From: Vicugna vicugna
Taxonomy: Eukaryota
DNA: 64,000 bases
NCBI GenBank assembly: GCA_013265495.1
Contig: MU058844.1
Coordinates: 12,546,184-12,610,183 of the forward strand
Reading direction: 5' to 3'
A model generated the notes under the pieces. It was not told the origin of the DNA. It did not search any database and saw only the letters and a list, made by a program, of their open reading frames with translations. Made by a program: the position numbers and the translations under genes. Of the stretch, positions 29,011 through 42,624 are shown piece by piece. Position 1 is the first letter of the stretch. Every line of letters begins with the position of its first letter.

Positions 29011-31508
29011 TCTTGGCCTCCTTCCACTGTTCCTCCATATGGTTAAAACCCAGGACAGCAGACTTTCAGGGCCCCTCTCAGCTTAAGAGAAAAAGTGCTA
29101 TCACTATCAAGACTCTAAAAAAAAAATACATCTCAAAGATTCATTTTAGTAAAAAAGAACAAATAATTGAATAACCAACTATCCTAATTTCCCCTCTATT
29201 TATCCCATGGATTCACATTTACAAGTATTAGTTGACAATAAAATGACTTGATCAGGTTGTTTTTCCTCTTTAATTTGCAAAATTCGCCTGAGAAAGTGAC
29301 TCAGAGAGAAACAATCTTTCCCATGTATGAAGCATAGGAAGAACCATGAGCTAATTTGGCATAAAAGACAATGAAAATTATAGTGTAAGTTAATGAGTGT
29401 TTAAATGTAATATTAAGGAGGCTGTTAAATGGGTTCCAGACGTCTGTGGGATCTCCACGCACGTCATTGGGAAGGCATAAACACATTAAATCACAACAGG
29501 TTACTCTTACCAAAAAATAAGATAAGAATTTGGAGAAATGATTAATAAATATTTGCTAAAAAAAAAATCAACATTTTATCCTTTTATTTCAATATTTCTT
29601 GAATACCTGTGATGTATCTGGTACAAATAAATACTATGTACTCAAGGTATACTAGCTATTTAGGAAATATATAAAGTAATATTAAAATGATTGATACTCT
29701 ATCACTTTATAGCACAAAAAAATCCTATTATAGTATATACCATTTTGAACATGGATTCTGTAGAGCAGATATACAAATATCATAGCAGAATATCTGTAAC
29801 AGTGTGAACATCTCAGTGAACACCTTTTGCTGTCATCCAGCAAGTACTTCTTCAACTCTTTAAAAACAAGAGTTACTTTACAGGTCCTAATTATTTCCTG
29901 AGGAGAGGACAGTCAAGCTGGATGGGAACTGAATGCCACACCTGTCTTTCGTCCTGATGTCAGAGAAGTACCCACTTCTTCCCATGCGGTAGAAATTCTC
30001 CAATCCTCACTCTAGAAGCCAACATAAAGAAGGATTCCAAGTTCAATCCTTTCTCCTTGTTAATTCACCAGAGTGAATGTTCATTGTTTCTTTCAGACCT
30101 GTTTCTAACCATGAGTTCATTAAAACTAAAGTTCTTGCTTTAAAACCTTTTTCTATGCTTTAGAGCCCATTATAATGTGAGTTGACTCCCACCATCTCCA
30201 AGAACGTCGTGCATTCATTAGTTGATAAAATCAACCCAAGAAATCTGAGATTCTTATGCATGACATGCTTGACTTTGTGAACTTGGTGGGTCATTTCACT
30301 TAATAAGAAGGAGAAAAAAGGAGGAACAGACAGGAGAAAACTATCATGAGCTAGCAAAGGGAAGTCCTGCTTTGTTCTCTATCTATTGTTTTTCGTTTCT
30401 GAGGCTTGGTTTAGTTTGGGCTGGCTCTGGCTGGGGAAGGGGTGCTTTCGCCTGGTGTCAGGAAGGGGCTCCCAGCACTGCCCGGACAAAAAAAATGCCC
30501 AGGCAAATCCCCCTTGTCCTCGAATCACAGCCTTTTCTCCTCAATGTGAAGGATGGTGTAGGGAACTCACATCATCCAGGTCTCTTCCAGAAAACTTCAT
30601 TTTCTTTGTTGAATCATATACTTAAGCAGGGAGAGGAAATGATGAAAATGTTTTCTTCCTTCCTGTTCTGAGACTCATGGCTTGTATGGGTCCCTGAGTG
30701 GGGACTGCAGTCACCTGGTGGGCTTTCTAGGGTTTTCCGTGGATATTTATTTGTCTGCTGTTGGTATTTTAAATGATGTAGAAATAAGCTTATGTAGCTT
30801 GAATTTTTGCCTTAATTTTTGATATTATGACTACCATAGTGTCACAGTTTTCCTCCAGATACTGCAGACATGTAAACCACATGATAATGATGAAACACGA
30901 CTTTTTTTTTTTTTAAGTTTTATACACATTTTATTCTTAGGTCAAAGAAGCCTAACAGTCTAGGAAGCCAAAAAAAATTTTTTTTCTGCCTTCTTTTGGA
31001 TTGAGTAATTTTATGATTCCATTTTATTACCTTCGATGGCTTGTTAGGTTGCTTTAGGCTGCTGTTATGAAATAGTGGAGAAGAAAGTGTAGCAGTTGTG
31101 ATGGATTCATTCCCGGTTTTCCAAATCTGTCATAAAAATCAAGGTTTCACTTCACAGGCATTTCATATATATACCTGAGAAATCAATTTATAAAACCCAA
31201 GTGAATTGGCCTTTTCATGATTGGCCTTTCTCTGGTTTGACTTCATAAATCCTTTTCCTCTGTATTCGTTCATTCATTCTGCCAACATTCTCTTAGCACC
31301 TAATATACCCCAAGCCCTGTGCAGTAGGCTGGGAGCCCAAGGAGAGTGGAACAAACAAACAGACAACATCCTGGTCCTCAGGGAGTTTCAAACCTTGCAG
31401 GGAACCAGACAACAACTAGTCGGAAAACGACGCGTTTATACAGGATGCACTTAATGCCTTTTGCAACAAATACTCCAGACGTTGTGCAAGGTGGTAGGAA
31501 TAGAGTAG

Positions 31509-31513
<5 letters not shown>

Positions 31514-31545
<32 letters not shown>
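31514..31545. repeat. Poly(A) tract (A32)
   Basis: Direct read. Confidence 0.95.
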
Positions 31546-31549
<4 letters not shown>

Positions 31550-33394
31550 CTTGTTCTGATGAGATAGGCCTGAATCAAATGCTATACAGTTATAAGTCAA
31601 ATGTTATATAGTTTAGAACCTTTTCAATCCCAACTGGCTGAAAACCCAACTCACACTGGCATAAGCGAAAAAAAAAGGGGGGGGTGTTTACTGGTTCACG
31701 GAGCTAAAAAGCTGAGGGCTGGCTGAGATGTGGATTGGTGTACGGGCTTAAACAGTATCCCTGAACCCTGGTACCCTTCCTTCTTTCAGCCCCGCTTACC
31801 TGTGTTTTGGTTCCCATTCCACACTCAAATCCAGTCGTGAAAGAAGAGTGTTTCCCTTCTCCCAGCAAGTATCCTGGGCATGATGCCCTACCAGACCAAA
31901 ATAGAACACTGCACTTTCCCTAAACTCATCCTGGCCTGGGGAACGTGGTGCCCTGATGGGCCAGGCCTAGTCAGGTGCCTATCCATAGACATGGGGGTGG
32001 AGCCAGTTCCAGGAGAAGCCTGGACATTGAGAGTAGGGAGGAGGGTGGTCCCCAGGAGAAATTGGGGACGCCTTACCCGAGGCGGGGACCTGGCCTAGTG
32101 CAGCCAACGCACACCAGTCAGGTCCCCTGCAATCTCCCGTGCTGTCCAGTCCCTGGGCCCTCCTATTCCTGGAGATGATCATAACAACCAAAATTCCACC
32201 AAAAGCAATTTCCATCCCTAATGGTGCCTCTCAAAGGTTCTCAAATGTGACTCCGTTCACAGCCCACAGACACACATCCTGATCTTCCCTTTCCTCTCAC
32301 TCTCAGTATCTCTCATGTCCTGTATTGTCCCAGGGCCTCTGTGCACACCCCGTTTTCCAGCCCCACCCAAATTCTTCCCAAGCCCAGCTCACACCCCAGC
32401 TGCCCTTCCCTCAGTTTTTGTGCCTCAGCTCTCCTTGTCTGGGCTGCCTTTCCCATCACCTCCAGTACGTCCCGCCCCTTAGTGTGGATCCTCTAGGCTC
32501 ATCTTTTCCTCAAGTTTTCCCTCCACTGATGACCCCACCCTGCATCATGAAGTTCAGGAATTTTCTTAAAAGGTGGAAGATGGAAGGGACCTATTAGCCA
32601 CAAAAGATTGGACTGTTTTAATCTGAGAAGGTGAAAAATGCAAACACTTATGTCTTCTCTTCTGTCTCTGCCATCCGAATAATCTTACCCCACAGTGAAT
32701 ACAGTTTCAAAATGTGATAAGGATCTGAGATGGGGTTAGAGGGGCCTGTGGTGAACTTTCGAATGAAGACCTAGAGGATGAAGAAATAAGTGAATGAGTT
32801 CGGCAGGTGAGAAAGTGTTCTGAGGAGGGGACACGTCCCTGGACAGGACCCTGAGCCTGGAGGAGAGGAAGTGAAAAGAAGCATGTGTTCAGAGTGAGGA
32901 GAGCGGGACAAGGGGTGAGGCTGAGGGGTAGACCCCGGTGATCCCCAAGCAGTGGACAGCAACGACCAAGCAGAAGAGTTTGGCCCAGAAGTTCTGCAGG
33001 GTTTCCTGGAGTCTCAGGCAGACAAAGGAAAGTACTTTCAATAGTGCTGCTAAGCCCCAGTCTTGGGAGAAAGAAATCCGTTTCCAACCCCCCGCGCCTG
33101 GGTCGCTGGGCCCTGGCGATCTGAGTTATGTAAGGGCTCTGAGAGGGAAGAAATGCGAAGAGCCTTCAGCACAGTGTCTCCTGGCTGAACTTGTTAGTCT
33201 TCGTCTGTGATACGCTGAAGTCAGAAAAGGGATCACTGCCAACATCATTTTGCTGTTATGATTAGTTCAAGTTTCTAATCTTTCACTGCACAACTTCTTG
33301 AGAGAAATGAAATGCTAAAAGGAGATAAAAGCTAGCTTGTTTATTTGCCTAAGAGTATGGGGTGGGGGGAGCTAGTTTATTTGCCCAAGTGTTT

Positions 33395-35722
33395 ACAGAT
33401 GTGGTTGGGTTTAAAATCTATCATCTTGCAATTTGTTTTCTATTTGACCCATCTGTTCTTTGTTCTTTTTTTAAAAAAGAATTTTTTTTCTGCCTTCTTT
33501 TGGATTGAGTAATTTTATGATTCCATTTTATTACCTTTGATGGCTTGTTAGGTTGCTTTAGGCTTTATAATATACATCTATTAGTCAACTTTCAATAATG
33601 TACCACCAGTGATAATGTACTGCTTTGTGTATCATATAAAACTTTACAGGAGCACCTTTCCCACCTCCAGGCCTTTGTGCTGTTACTGTCATACATGTCA
33701 CTTTCATTTACATTATAAACCCTACAATACATCACACACACTGCACAGTTTTCTTGTTAAACAGTTGATGAACTTTTAGTAGATTTTAAAAATAAGGATA
33801 AAAAGGTCTTTTATATTTACTTATGTACTATTTCTAACACTTCATTCCCTTACGCAGCTCTAGATTTCTTTCCAGTATCATTTTCCTTCTGTCTGAAGAA
33901 CTTACGAACATTTCTTTTGGTTCAAGTCAGCTGTGATGAATTCTTTCAGCTTTTATATGCCTGAAAAAAACTTTATTTAACCTTCATTTTGTGAAAGATT
34001 TTTTTGCTGGTTTTTGAGTTGTAGGTTGACAGATTTTTTTTTCTTCCAGTACTTTAAAAATATTGATCCACTGTCTTGTGGTTTGCATTGTTTTCTACAA
34101 GAAATCTGCAGTCACCCTTACCTTTTTTCTCCCTCTGCATAGATTGTGGTGTTTTTCCCTCTGACTGCTTTTAAGATTTCCTCATTATCACTGGTTTTCA
34201 GAAATTTGGTTATGTTATGCCTTGATCTAGATGTTTCCTATTCATAGAGTTTATTGGACTTCTTGGATTTGTAGATTTATACTTTTCAGGAAATTTGGAA
34301 AATTTCTGGTCATTATTTCTTTAAATAGTCTTTCCGCCCTGCTCTTTCAGGGCCTCCAAGCACGTGTGTTTCATCACTCAAAGCTGTCCCGCAGCTCGCT
34401 AATGCGCTACTCATTTTTTTTCAGTCTTTTTTTTTTTCTGAGTTTCATTTTGGATAGTTTCTGTTGCTATGTGTTTCAGTATTTTCATCTTTTGTCCTGT
34501 TGAGTCTAACAGATTGCAGTTTTCACCTTAGACATTGTATCTTTTATCTTTAGAAGTTCCATTTGGGCTTTTAAAATATTTCCCATGTCTATTTAACATG
34601 CTCAAGCATTTCTCTATCATATGAACTTTATGACTGTTTCAATGTCCTGATCTACTAATTTTATTATCTGTCACATTTGGATCTGTTTCTATTGATTGGT
34701 ATTTATTTCTTCTCATAATAGATTGTGTTTTCCTGCTTCTTTGCCTGCCTGGTAGATTTTGATTAGATGCCAGTCATTGTGAATCTTCCTATAAATATTC
34801 TAGAGCTTTGTTCTGGGATTCAGTTGTTATTTGGAAATACCACTGACGCTTGAACAACCCAGGGGTTAGGGACACCGAGCCATTGCACAGTCAAAAAATC
34901 TATGTATCATTGATTTTCTGTATCCTCAGTTCCTCCATATCCCTGGTTCTGCCATCTGCAGATTCAACCAACTGTGGATTCTGTCATACTGTATTATTTA
35001 CTAATGAAGAAAAAACCCACATGCAAGTGGATTCATGCAATTCAAACCTGTGTTGTTCTTGGCTCACCTGTAGTTTAATCCTTTTAAGGTTTGTTTTCAA
35101 GCTTCATTAGTCAGGATCAGAGTCATTCTTAGCTGCGGGCCACTACTGGGGTAATACCCTCTGAGTCTTCTACTAAATGCTCTGTGAATTAGAAAGTTCT
35201 TCCTCTCTGCCTGGTAGGAGCACAACCTCTCGCCAGCCCTGTGTGAGCTCTGTGGGTTGTTTCCTCTGCCCACCTTGGGCAGATCTTTCCCTGACCTCAA
35301 TGGTTTCCTCACACCCATGCTCTGATCAGCACTCAACTAAAGACTTCAGGAAGACTCTCTGTAGTCCTCTGGATATTCCTTTCTGTGTGGCTTCCTCTTA
35401 TCTGCTATTCCACCATGAAAATCCTAGCCACCTTGGTCTCCCTGGACTCCCAACTCCATTTCTGTAACTCAAAGAGATAAGCAGGCCCTACCTGGGATCC
35501 CTTGTCTTCCTTCAGTCTGGGAACTGTCTCTAGGTGTGCAGCTGGAGCAGTCATAGAGATTATTTTATTTGTTTTCCACTTCTCAGGAATGACTGTCCTG
35601 AGCTGCTTGGTGTCCAATGCTTGAGAACAATTGTTTCATACATTTTGTCCAGTTTTCCAATTTTTTTCTGGTAAGAGGGTAAATTTGGTCCCTGCTACCC
35701 CTTCTGAGCTGAAAGCAGAAGT
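33395..35722 (-). mobile_element. Old L1M fragment (5'/ORF1 to start of ORF2), interrupted by MER8
   Basis: Antisense L1 sequence (atgaattctttcagcttttatatgcctgaaaa, aaatttggaaaatttctggtcattatttct, ttggtccctgctacccc...aaagcagaagtc). Confidence 0.8.
34840..35072. mobile_element. MER8-like TcMar-Tigger MITE
   Basis: Inverted termini cactgacgcttgaacaac / gttgttcttggctcacctg with a flanking TA. Internal gcagattcaaccaactgtggat. Confidence 0.75.
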
Positions 35723-35739
35723 CTTAAACTGTGTTTTAA

Positions 35740-35915
35740 CTGGTGGTTTTCACACTTCAGTACGCTTCAGCATTAACGGGCAGGCTTGTTAAAACACAGG
35801 TTTCTGGACCCTCCCTCGGAGTTTCTAACTTGGTATGGGATCTGAGAGTTTGCATTTTTAACAAATTCTCAGATGCTGCTGAAGCCCCTGGCTCCACATT
35901 TGGAGAACAGCTGTG
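35740..35915. mobile_element. MER5-type hAT-Charlie element
   Basis: ggcttgttaaaacacagg...tttgcatttttaacaaattctcagatgctgctga...cacatttggagaac. Confidence 0.7.
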
Positions 35916-38105
35916 TTAAACTATTCAACTAAGAATTTCTCAGCTAATGTTTATCTACAAATCAGCAATACAGTGTGAACCACACTGATTTTCAAGACAA
36001 AACCTGTCAGTCATAGAAATTCAATCATAAGTACTTGGTGTTATTTGAATCCACTGAGAAACACATCCAACAAGAACTAAAAAGCTGTTCACACCCCCTT
36101 ATCTGGTAAATCCAGGAAATAAACTCCATAGAAATCATGTAGATGAATCTTTCCCAAGTAATATTTCTTAGAACATTAATACTCTGTGAGTTGTAAAAAT
36201 TTCTATAGTCAGATAAGGTTAGGAATCTATATTATATTCATATATTTTATGACTCTTTCAAGGGGAAGATAGAATAAAAAGTGTTTCCCAAACTCATTTG
36301 ACCACAGAACCATTAATTTTGCAAAACACTTACTGGTAACTTGAGGAACTGTAATGATCCTTGGAAGCCAGTTTGGGAAATACTGGAGCAGACCCTTGGC
36401 ATTTGTAAGTTTATCATTTTCAATGTTAGCTGTTTGTCAGAAGAAATGTCATTGCTATAATAATTTGTGGTTCTGCTGGAGCATGGTGGCCTTCTCAGGG
36501 AGTGAGTCACTCAGCTAATGAATGAACCCAGCCCACTGCCAGCAACGTATACCCCAATGTGGCTTTGCTGCTCAGGACACAGTAGCTTTTGTAGTAATAA
36601 AAAATGTGCTTGATTTGTGAAATGGCCCTGAAAAAAAAAAAGTCAGTTATTGGTTTTAGTGGTGGAAAGAAAAGAAAAGAAGAAAAAGGAATTATTGGAG
36701 GTGGACATGGAGCTGATAAAAAGGAGGTCTTAGCAAGAAAACAGAAGTTTGGGGACAGATTTTAAAGGTGGTCTCCTAAATTTGTCACAGACTTGGATCT
36801 ATATGCAGATAAGCTCATCCTGTAACCCACATGGAGAAGGTAAAAAGTGATTCATGAATTACTTTAGTGAGAGACAAACCATAGCAAGATAAAATGTTAC
36901 ACAAGCAACTGCCGACTGAAACGTAATTTAAGAGAAAGCTAGAAGCCTGGGCAGGTGTTTCTGTGAAGCCCCGGGAGGTGCAGACACTCATACAGGAAAT
37001 AAAGTGTGCTTCTAGAATGAAAAATAAGAGTTTTTCTTTGAGTATTATGATGTTAACAAGGGAGGGATGTGGCCTTAGCTGACTATATTCCAAGGAAATG
37101 GAATATATTTCCATTAGGTCTTCCCTAAGCTAAAGACTTCACAGAAGAAAATGAGAAATAAATTTCATGTCTCAGGACCTGCAGACAGTTGTAGGGGAAA
37201 AAAGTGCTGCTAATCACAGTGAGTCTTTTACAAGAACCTACACTCAAGTTCTCCTATTACCTCTTCCACACTCTGCTGAGGGGTTTTCTCATTAACTTAA
37301 TCAGTGCCACCCAGTATTTACTAAGTGGTAAGATAGTTATAGGGGTTTTAAGTGTAAAGAAGTCAGTGCCCTGCACGTGAGGACTCCCCGAGGGTGGAGG
37401 CTTTTTGAACTACCGTTGCCTGTCTGATCCATCTGTGTTTCAACAGAGTCTCTTGCTAAAATGTCAACTCCAAAATTTAAACTAAAATAAAATACAATGT
37501 CTACTCCATAAGGGCAGATATTATATCTGTCTTTGTATTTGTGGAAGACATTTTTATTCATGAGATGAATATTCCTTACCGTAAAGTTTAAAAACAATTT
37601 AAATATAGGGGATTGAGTAAGCAAAGAGTTAACACAATGAAGTAGTAGGCAGCAATAAAAATAAGAATGAAATAATGTCCAGGGGGAAAAACAAATAAAA
37701 TAGAGCGATACCAATTGTATTCGTTATCTAAAGCATCCTGAACTTTGCCTTTTCTTGGTGTGTGCTCCAGCTATTCCCGTGTTTGGGATGGCTTTTTCCT
37801 GCCTGTACCTGTAGACATTCTACGTCTCTACGGCTCAACTGAAGCACCACATCCTCCCTGAAATAGGATGACTTCCGCATCCCTCCATCCTCCTGGAAGA
37901 TGCTGGTAATTCTCACCCACGTGCCTCTGGCTTTACCTTCAGTGTTCATGGGTGGACTTCCAACTGCTGGTAGTGGCGTGTCTTTGACTGAGAATCTTCT
38001 CCAAGCCTGGAGAAGCCTGCTGCATCCACTTGCTAGGCAGGCCAGAATGCTGGGGAAGTAACTCCCGCCAGAAAAGCCCCTGCTCCAAGACTGCCAGAAG
38101 GTGAC

Positions 38106-38518
38106 TGTTTTAATCAGCTTGGGCTGCCATAGCAAAGCACGGCAGACTGGGAGGCTTAAACCACAAGTTCCTCTCTCGTGGTTCTGGAGGCTGGGAAGTC
38201 CAAAGTCAACGTGTCTGCCATTTAGGTTCCCAGTGAGAGCTCCTCCTGGTTTTCAGAGTCTTCCTCCTGTGACCTTACATTACAGAGAGGGAGGGAGGGG
38301 GAGAAAGGGGAGGGGAACAGAGAGAGAAAGAGAGAGACAGAGAGAGGGAGAGAAAGAGAATCTCTGGTGTCTCTTCTTGCCCTGTTATGAGGACCACACC
38401 CTCATGACCTCATGTAAACCTAATTACCTCCCAAATGCCCCATCTCCTAATACCATCACATGGGGGTTAAGACTTAAACATACGGATTTTGAGGGGACAC
38501 AACATTCAGTCTATAGCA
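38106..38518 (-). mobile_element. MLT1A-type MaLR LTR with internal (GA)n
   Basis: tgttttaatcagcttgggctgccatagcaaag...ctcatgacctcatgtaaacctaattacctcccaaa...ggggacacaacattcagtctatagca. Confidence 0.85.
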
Positions 38519-38917
38519 TTGATGTGTAATCATCTCAGCTCCTTTGCTCTGTGGGTGGAATAACCCTGAGGTCGCGTCCATATCATTTCTGGGTTTCCCC
38601 GGGGGATACAGCTCCTCCCACGGCCCCCCTGTGGTGACCGGTTTGTCAGCCACCTTCTCTTATCTGTCTCACTTCCCCACTCACCTTCCTTCCTACACCC
38701 TCTAGAGAAAACTACCTGTTCTCACATCCTTGTGTCAGGCTCTGCTCCCCATCTGGCTCCTGTATTCCTGTATTGTAATGTCTCTCACGTTATTCTCTTT
38801 ACTGAGGTTTTGTGAATGTCTGGGCTCTTGTAACTAAACTGCAAACTGAGAACAGAAACCTTTAAATACTGTATCCCCCAAAGCCTAATAAAGTACCTTG
38901 CCCATAGCAGGTGCCTT

Positions 38918-38918
38918 A

Positions 38919-38949
<31 letters not shown>

Positions 38950-38965
38950 AAAACAAAAACAAAAA
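38918..38965. repeat. (AAAAC)n-type microsatellite
   Basis: Direct read. Confidence 0.9.
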
Positions 38966-39450
38966 CCCTAGATCAATTATCTACATTAAACCAATTGGGG
39001 ATTTTTTAAGAAGAAAGGGACCATAGAAATCTAACACCTAAACAGTTCACAGCATTCTTTGCGGCAGGAAATAAAACAGATTATTCAAGCAAAGTTTTAT
39101 GAATTGTAATTATTGATTTAAAATCTTGTAAACTACTGTTTCAAGTTCAAAGTGAAGCTTCAAGTTTAATCAATATATGGAATATATTTTGGCCTGTTCT
39201 GGTTGAAAAAATTCAGTATCCATTGAGGGAATCAGCGGGCACAAGATGTGAATTGAGTCCATATTTCCTAACAGTGTTCAGAAACCCATGTGGTCCAGCC
39301 CCCACTGCCCTTTCTAGCTTTATCTTCCATTCTCCTTTCACCATTCCTATATACACAGTTGTGTGATCTTCATGTAAACAATTTGTATTTCAAATTTATC
39401 TTTGCTTGTTAACAAAAGTGCGTAATACCACGGATCTCACTTCAATGGAA

Positions 39451-39531
39451 AAATTATCATTGTTTAATTGAGGAGAAAAAGCAACTCCAAATTGTCATTG
39501 TTTAATTGAGGAGCAAAAGCAACTCCAAATT
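39451..39531. repeat. 38-bp tandem duplication
   Basis: Units at 39451-39488 and 39489-39526 differ at 2 positions, and a third AAATT follows. Confidence 0.95.
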
Positions 39532-41149
39532 AATAATGCTTCTTTAGACCCCACTTTTTCTTCCCTGTCATTACTATATAGTCTGTGTGTCTTTATTAAC
39601 AAATGGATTTAGATATCTAGGAATTTGATAACATGATCTGAATTGGAATAATGATTTACATGTCTTTCAAAGTTACTTCCAAAGTCTAATAAGAAATTAG
39701 ACTTTCAAAGTCTAATTCTGCGGCCAGTATCTTGAAGACAGATATCTACGAGCCACAAAAAGGCAAGGGCACCATCTCTATGCTGTGTAAAATCTGAGGA
39801 ACATAAACAATTGGCATCATTCTTTTAAGAAATAATACAAATACTACTCATTCATAGAAATATCAGCCAATACAGAGAAATGAAAAGAAGAAAAAACACA
39901 GTAATACTTTTGATCAAAGCAAAATGCTACTAAAATTTTAGTGTATCCCTTTCAGACTTTTTTGCATAGGATTTTTAACATACATATTTATAGGGCTCAT
40001 GGTGTGCACGTGTTTATTTTCCCCCTCTTTCTGCACTCAGCCAATGTCATACGCTGTGGCAGATGCCACACGTGGGATCACTCAACACCCAGTCACTCTT
40101 CTCACACAGCCTCCCATCCTCCAGAAGCTGGAAAGCTAAACAATTCCACGACTCCCTTGCAGCTTGGCCTCCACATATAACTGAGTTTCCACCAAGCCCT
40201 GATGGGAGATCCATTCCTTGAGGCAGATGGGGAAGGCAAGTGAGTACCTGAAGTGATGGCCAAGGTCAGGGACGGCAGATCTTCTGGGAGCTAAGGTAGA
40301 AAGTCTCCCCTCAAGCTCCAGAATAATAACTGTTGAGAGGCAGGCAGGGGCAGTGCTGGGGTCTCCTTAAAAAATGCAGCACCTGGGGTCGGCAATCGAT
40401 CCTGACGCTGTAGCACCATTTGCCCCCCTGCTTCCTCTCAGAAAGTCTGTTGTCTGCAACGAAGACCCCTAATGAATACATGGGAACACCTTTCCATGTG
40501 CAAAAATACAAGTCAAAAAACGCCATATTAATGGCTACCAGTAGAATCGTAGAGTTTTAGAGCTAAGTGGGACCACAGCAATCAGCTAGACTTAAGAAAA
40601 CCACACTCAAATGGACAGCAGTGGAGGCAGGACCGCATGCAAGTCCCCCTGTGTCCTCTCTGTAGAGAGAATTTCTTCCATCCTTGTGTCCCAGTGAGAT
40701 GGGACACACATGGCTGTGCTCCAAATTAAACTATGGCATTTTATGTTGCAAGACGTACTTATCTATCATCTGGTGGGCTTGAGCCCAAAAAGGACAGTCA
40801 GAGCATGATGCCTTTTTAATGTGTTGCTTCCTTTTCACATCCATCTCCATTTCTACGCCAGCCCTCAGCCCCCAGCGCAGACCCAGCCCCAGACCTGCTC
40901 CCCTGGATGAGGCCCAGCTGGCTGATTCAGGGCGCTGCTTCTAAGCGCTGTAGCCTTCACTCCAGTCAGCGCTGGCGGTGGGGGAGCATCTCCTCAATGC
41001 AGAGGTTTCTATCTGGTTTGTTTGAATGGAGACTTGCTGCCAAGGAGCTAGCAGTCTTTAGTGCCGTCAAACAAAGGTACTTTTTTTTTTTTCGGTCTTC
41101 TCATATGACACGAAGGAATCATTGTTGAAAGGCCCCATTTGGTAACGGA

Positions 41150-41360
41150 AAGAGTGTGAGCTTTGGATCCAGACTGGATTTGAATCCCAGCTCTGCAGTT
41201 TACTAGTTATATGGCTGTGGGACAAGTTATTCAGTCTCTCACTTGACCTAACTGTAAAATGGAAAGGAAGATAATGCCCTTACAAGGCTGTTGTTTGGAC
41301 CAGAAGAAATATTTCTATAATGTTTGGCACGCAAGGGACAATAAAGCGTTACTGTCATTG
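41150..41360 (+). mobile_element. MIR SINE
   Basis: tttgaatcccagctctgcagtttactag...ctgtaaaatggaaaggaagataat. Confidence 0.75.
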
Positions 41361-42624
41361 GGTTGCAATATAGACTGCTGGCTTGAAGAACAGACAACAG
41401 TGTGTCCATTGGCTCTTTCCCATTTATGATTTTACAGCTGAATATGGACAGAAGAATAAGATCACTCCAGGGTAACCCACTGCCATTCCACAGAGGATTC
41501 AGACGGCTCTGCAAGTCCATGTAAACATACATATTTGAGCTCACACCCAGCCGTCAGCAGGTCATGGCGTCGGCTTCTGCTGCAGCCCTCCAAGTCTTCT
41601 GCTGAAGTGAACACAGGGACAAATAAATCAAAAGCTTGGGTCTTTCCACATACGCCATTATTTAAGAATTAGGAATGGGAATTAGGTATTCCCACAATCT
41701 TTTTGGAACAGTGTAAGTCAATAATGTTTACAGTAAAATCTAGGTCAGCTCTCCTTATAAACACATATATAGAGAACTTATAGGAGCTATTTTTGTTTTA
41801 GGTATTAACCTTTTTTTTGATAGCTCAACACTTTCCTTATGAGGTGAGAGCTGCAGGAACATGACGGCTCTTATTTTCTTTTACAAGAAAAGGTTCATTT
41901 TACAAATGACATTTAATCCCATATGGGAGGATTACACAAAAATCCTGGCAGGCATACGCCATAAGTAATTACGTGCCTGTCAATTACAGCATTGTGCATT
42001 GTTTCCAAAATCCTGTTAACCTTCCTTACATCATTTCTTAGAGAAGCATCACTTACATACATATACACAATATTTTACTGGAAATTTTTATGAAGTTTTC
42101 CTTTGAAGTTCAGTGATCAAAACACTCGTGGAAATCTTATTTAACTACATTTGAAATGAAATATACACCCAAATGCTAATTCTTAAATCCCAAATTAGAC
42201 TCATTTTCTACTTAGTCTTTCTCAGAATGGGGGATAAACATAAAAATTCTTTGATAAGCACTATTGCAGACTCTAAAATTTTTTCTTAAAATTTGGTGGG
42301 TAAATATACATTTATTTGTATAGAATCTGCAGCAAGAAACAAATTTATGTAACAGTTAGAATATATATTTTTTATTTTCCTGGAAGTATCTGGTGATCCT
42401 TATCACAAGGGAGATAATAAAAAACTATTTAATGCATTCTCTAGGATGCTTTGTTCCTCAGACTTCAGTTTTAGGGGGGAAAGAAGTAGGTTTCCTACTG
42501 GTTATGGCTTTGAGAATTTACTCCCATTTCTCCAAAAGGGTTTCTTAACACAGAAGTTAACATTTGTGTGAAACTTCAACGTTGTCCCCAAAACAAGAGG
42601 TCAAGTAGGGTAGGCACTGAAAAA

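Noticed and set aside
39451..39531. CRISPR-like repeat (38 bp)
   Set aside because: Only two adjacent units with no spacer, no cas genes, and a mammalian context.
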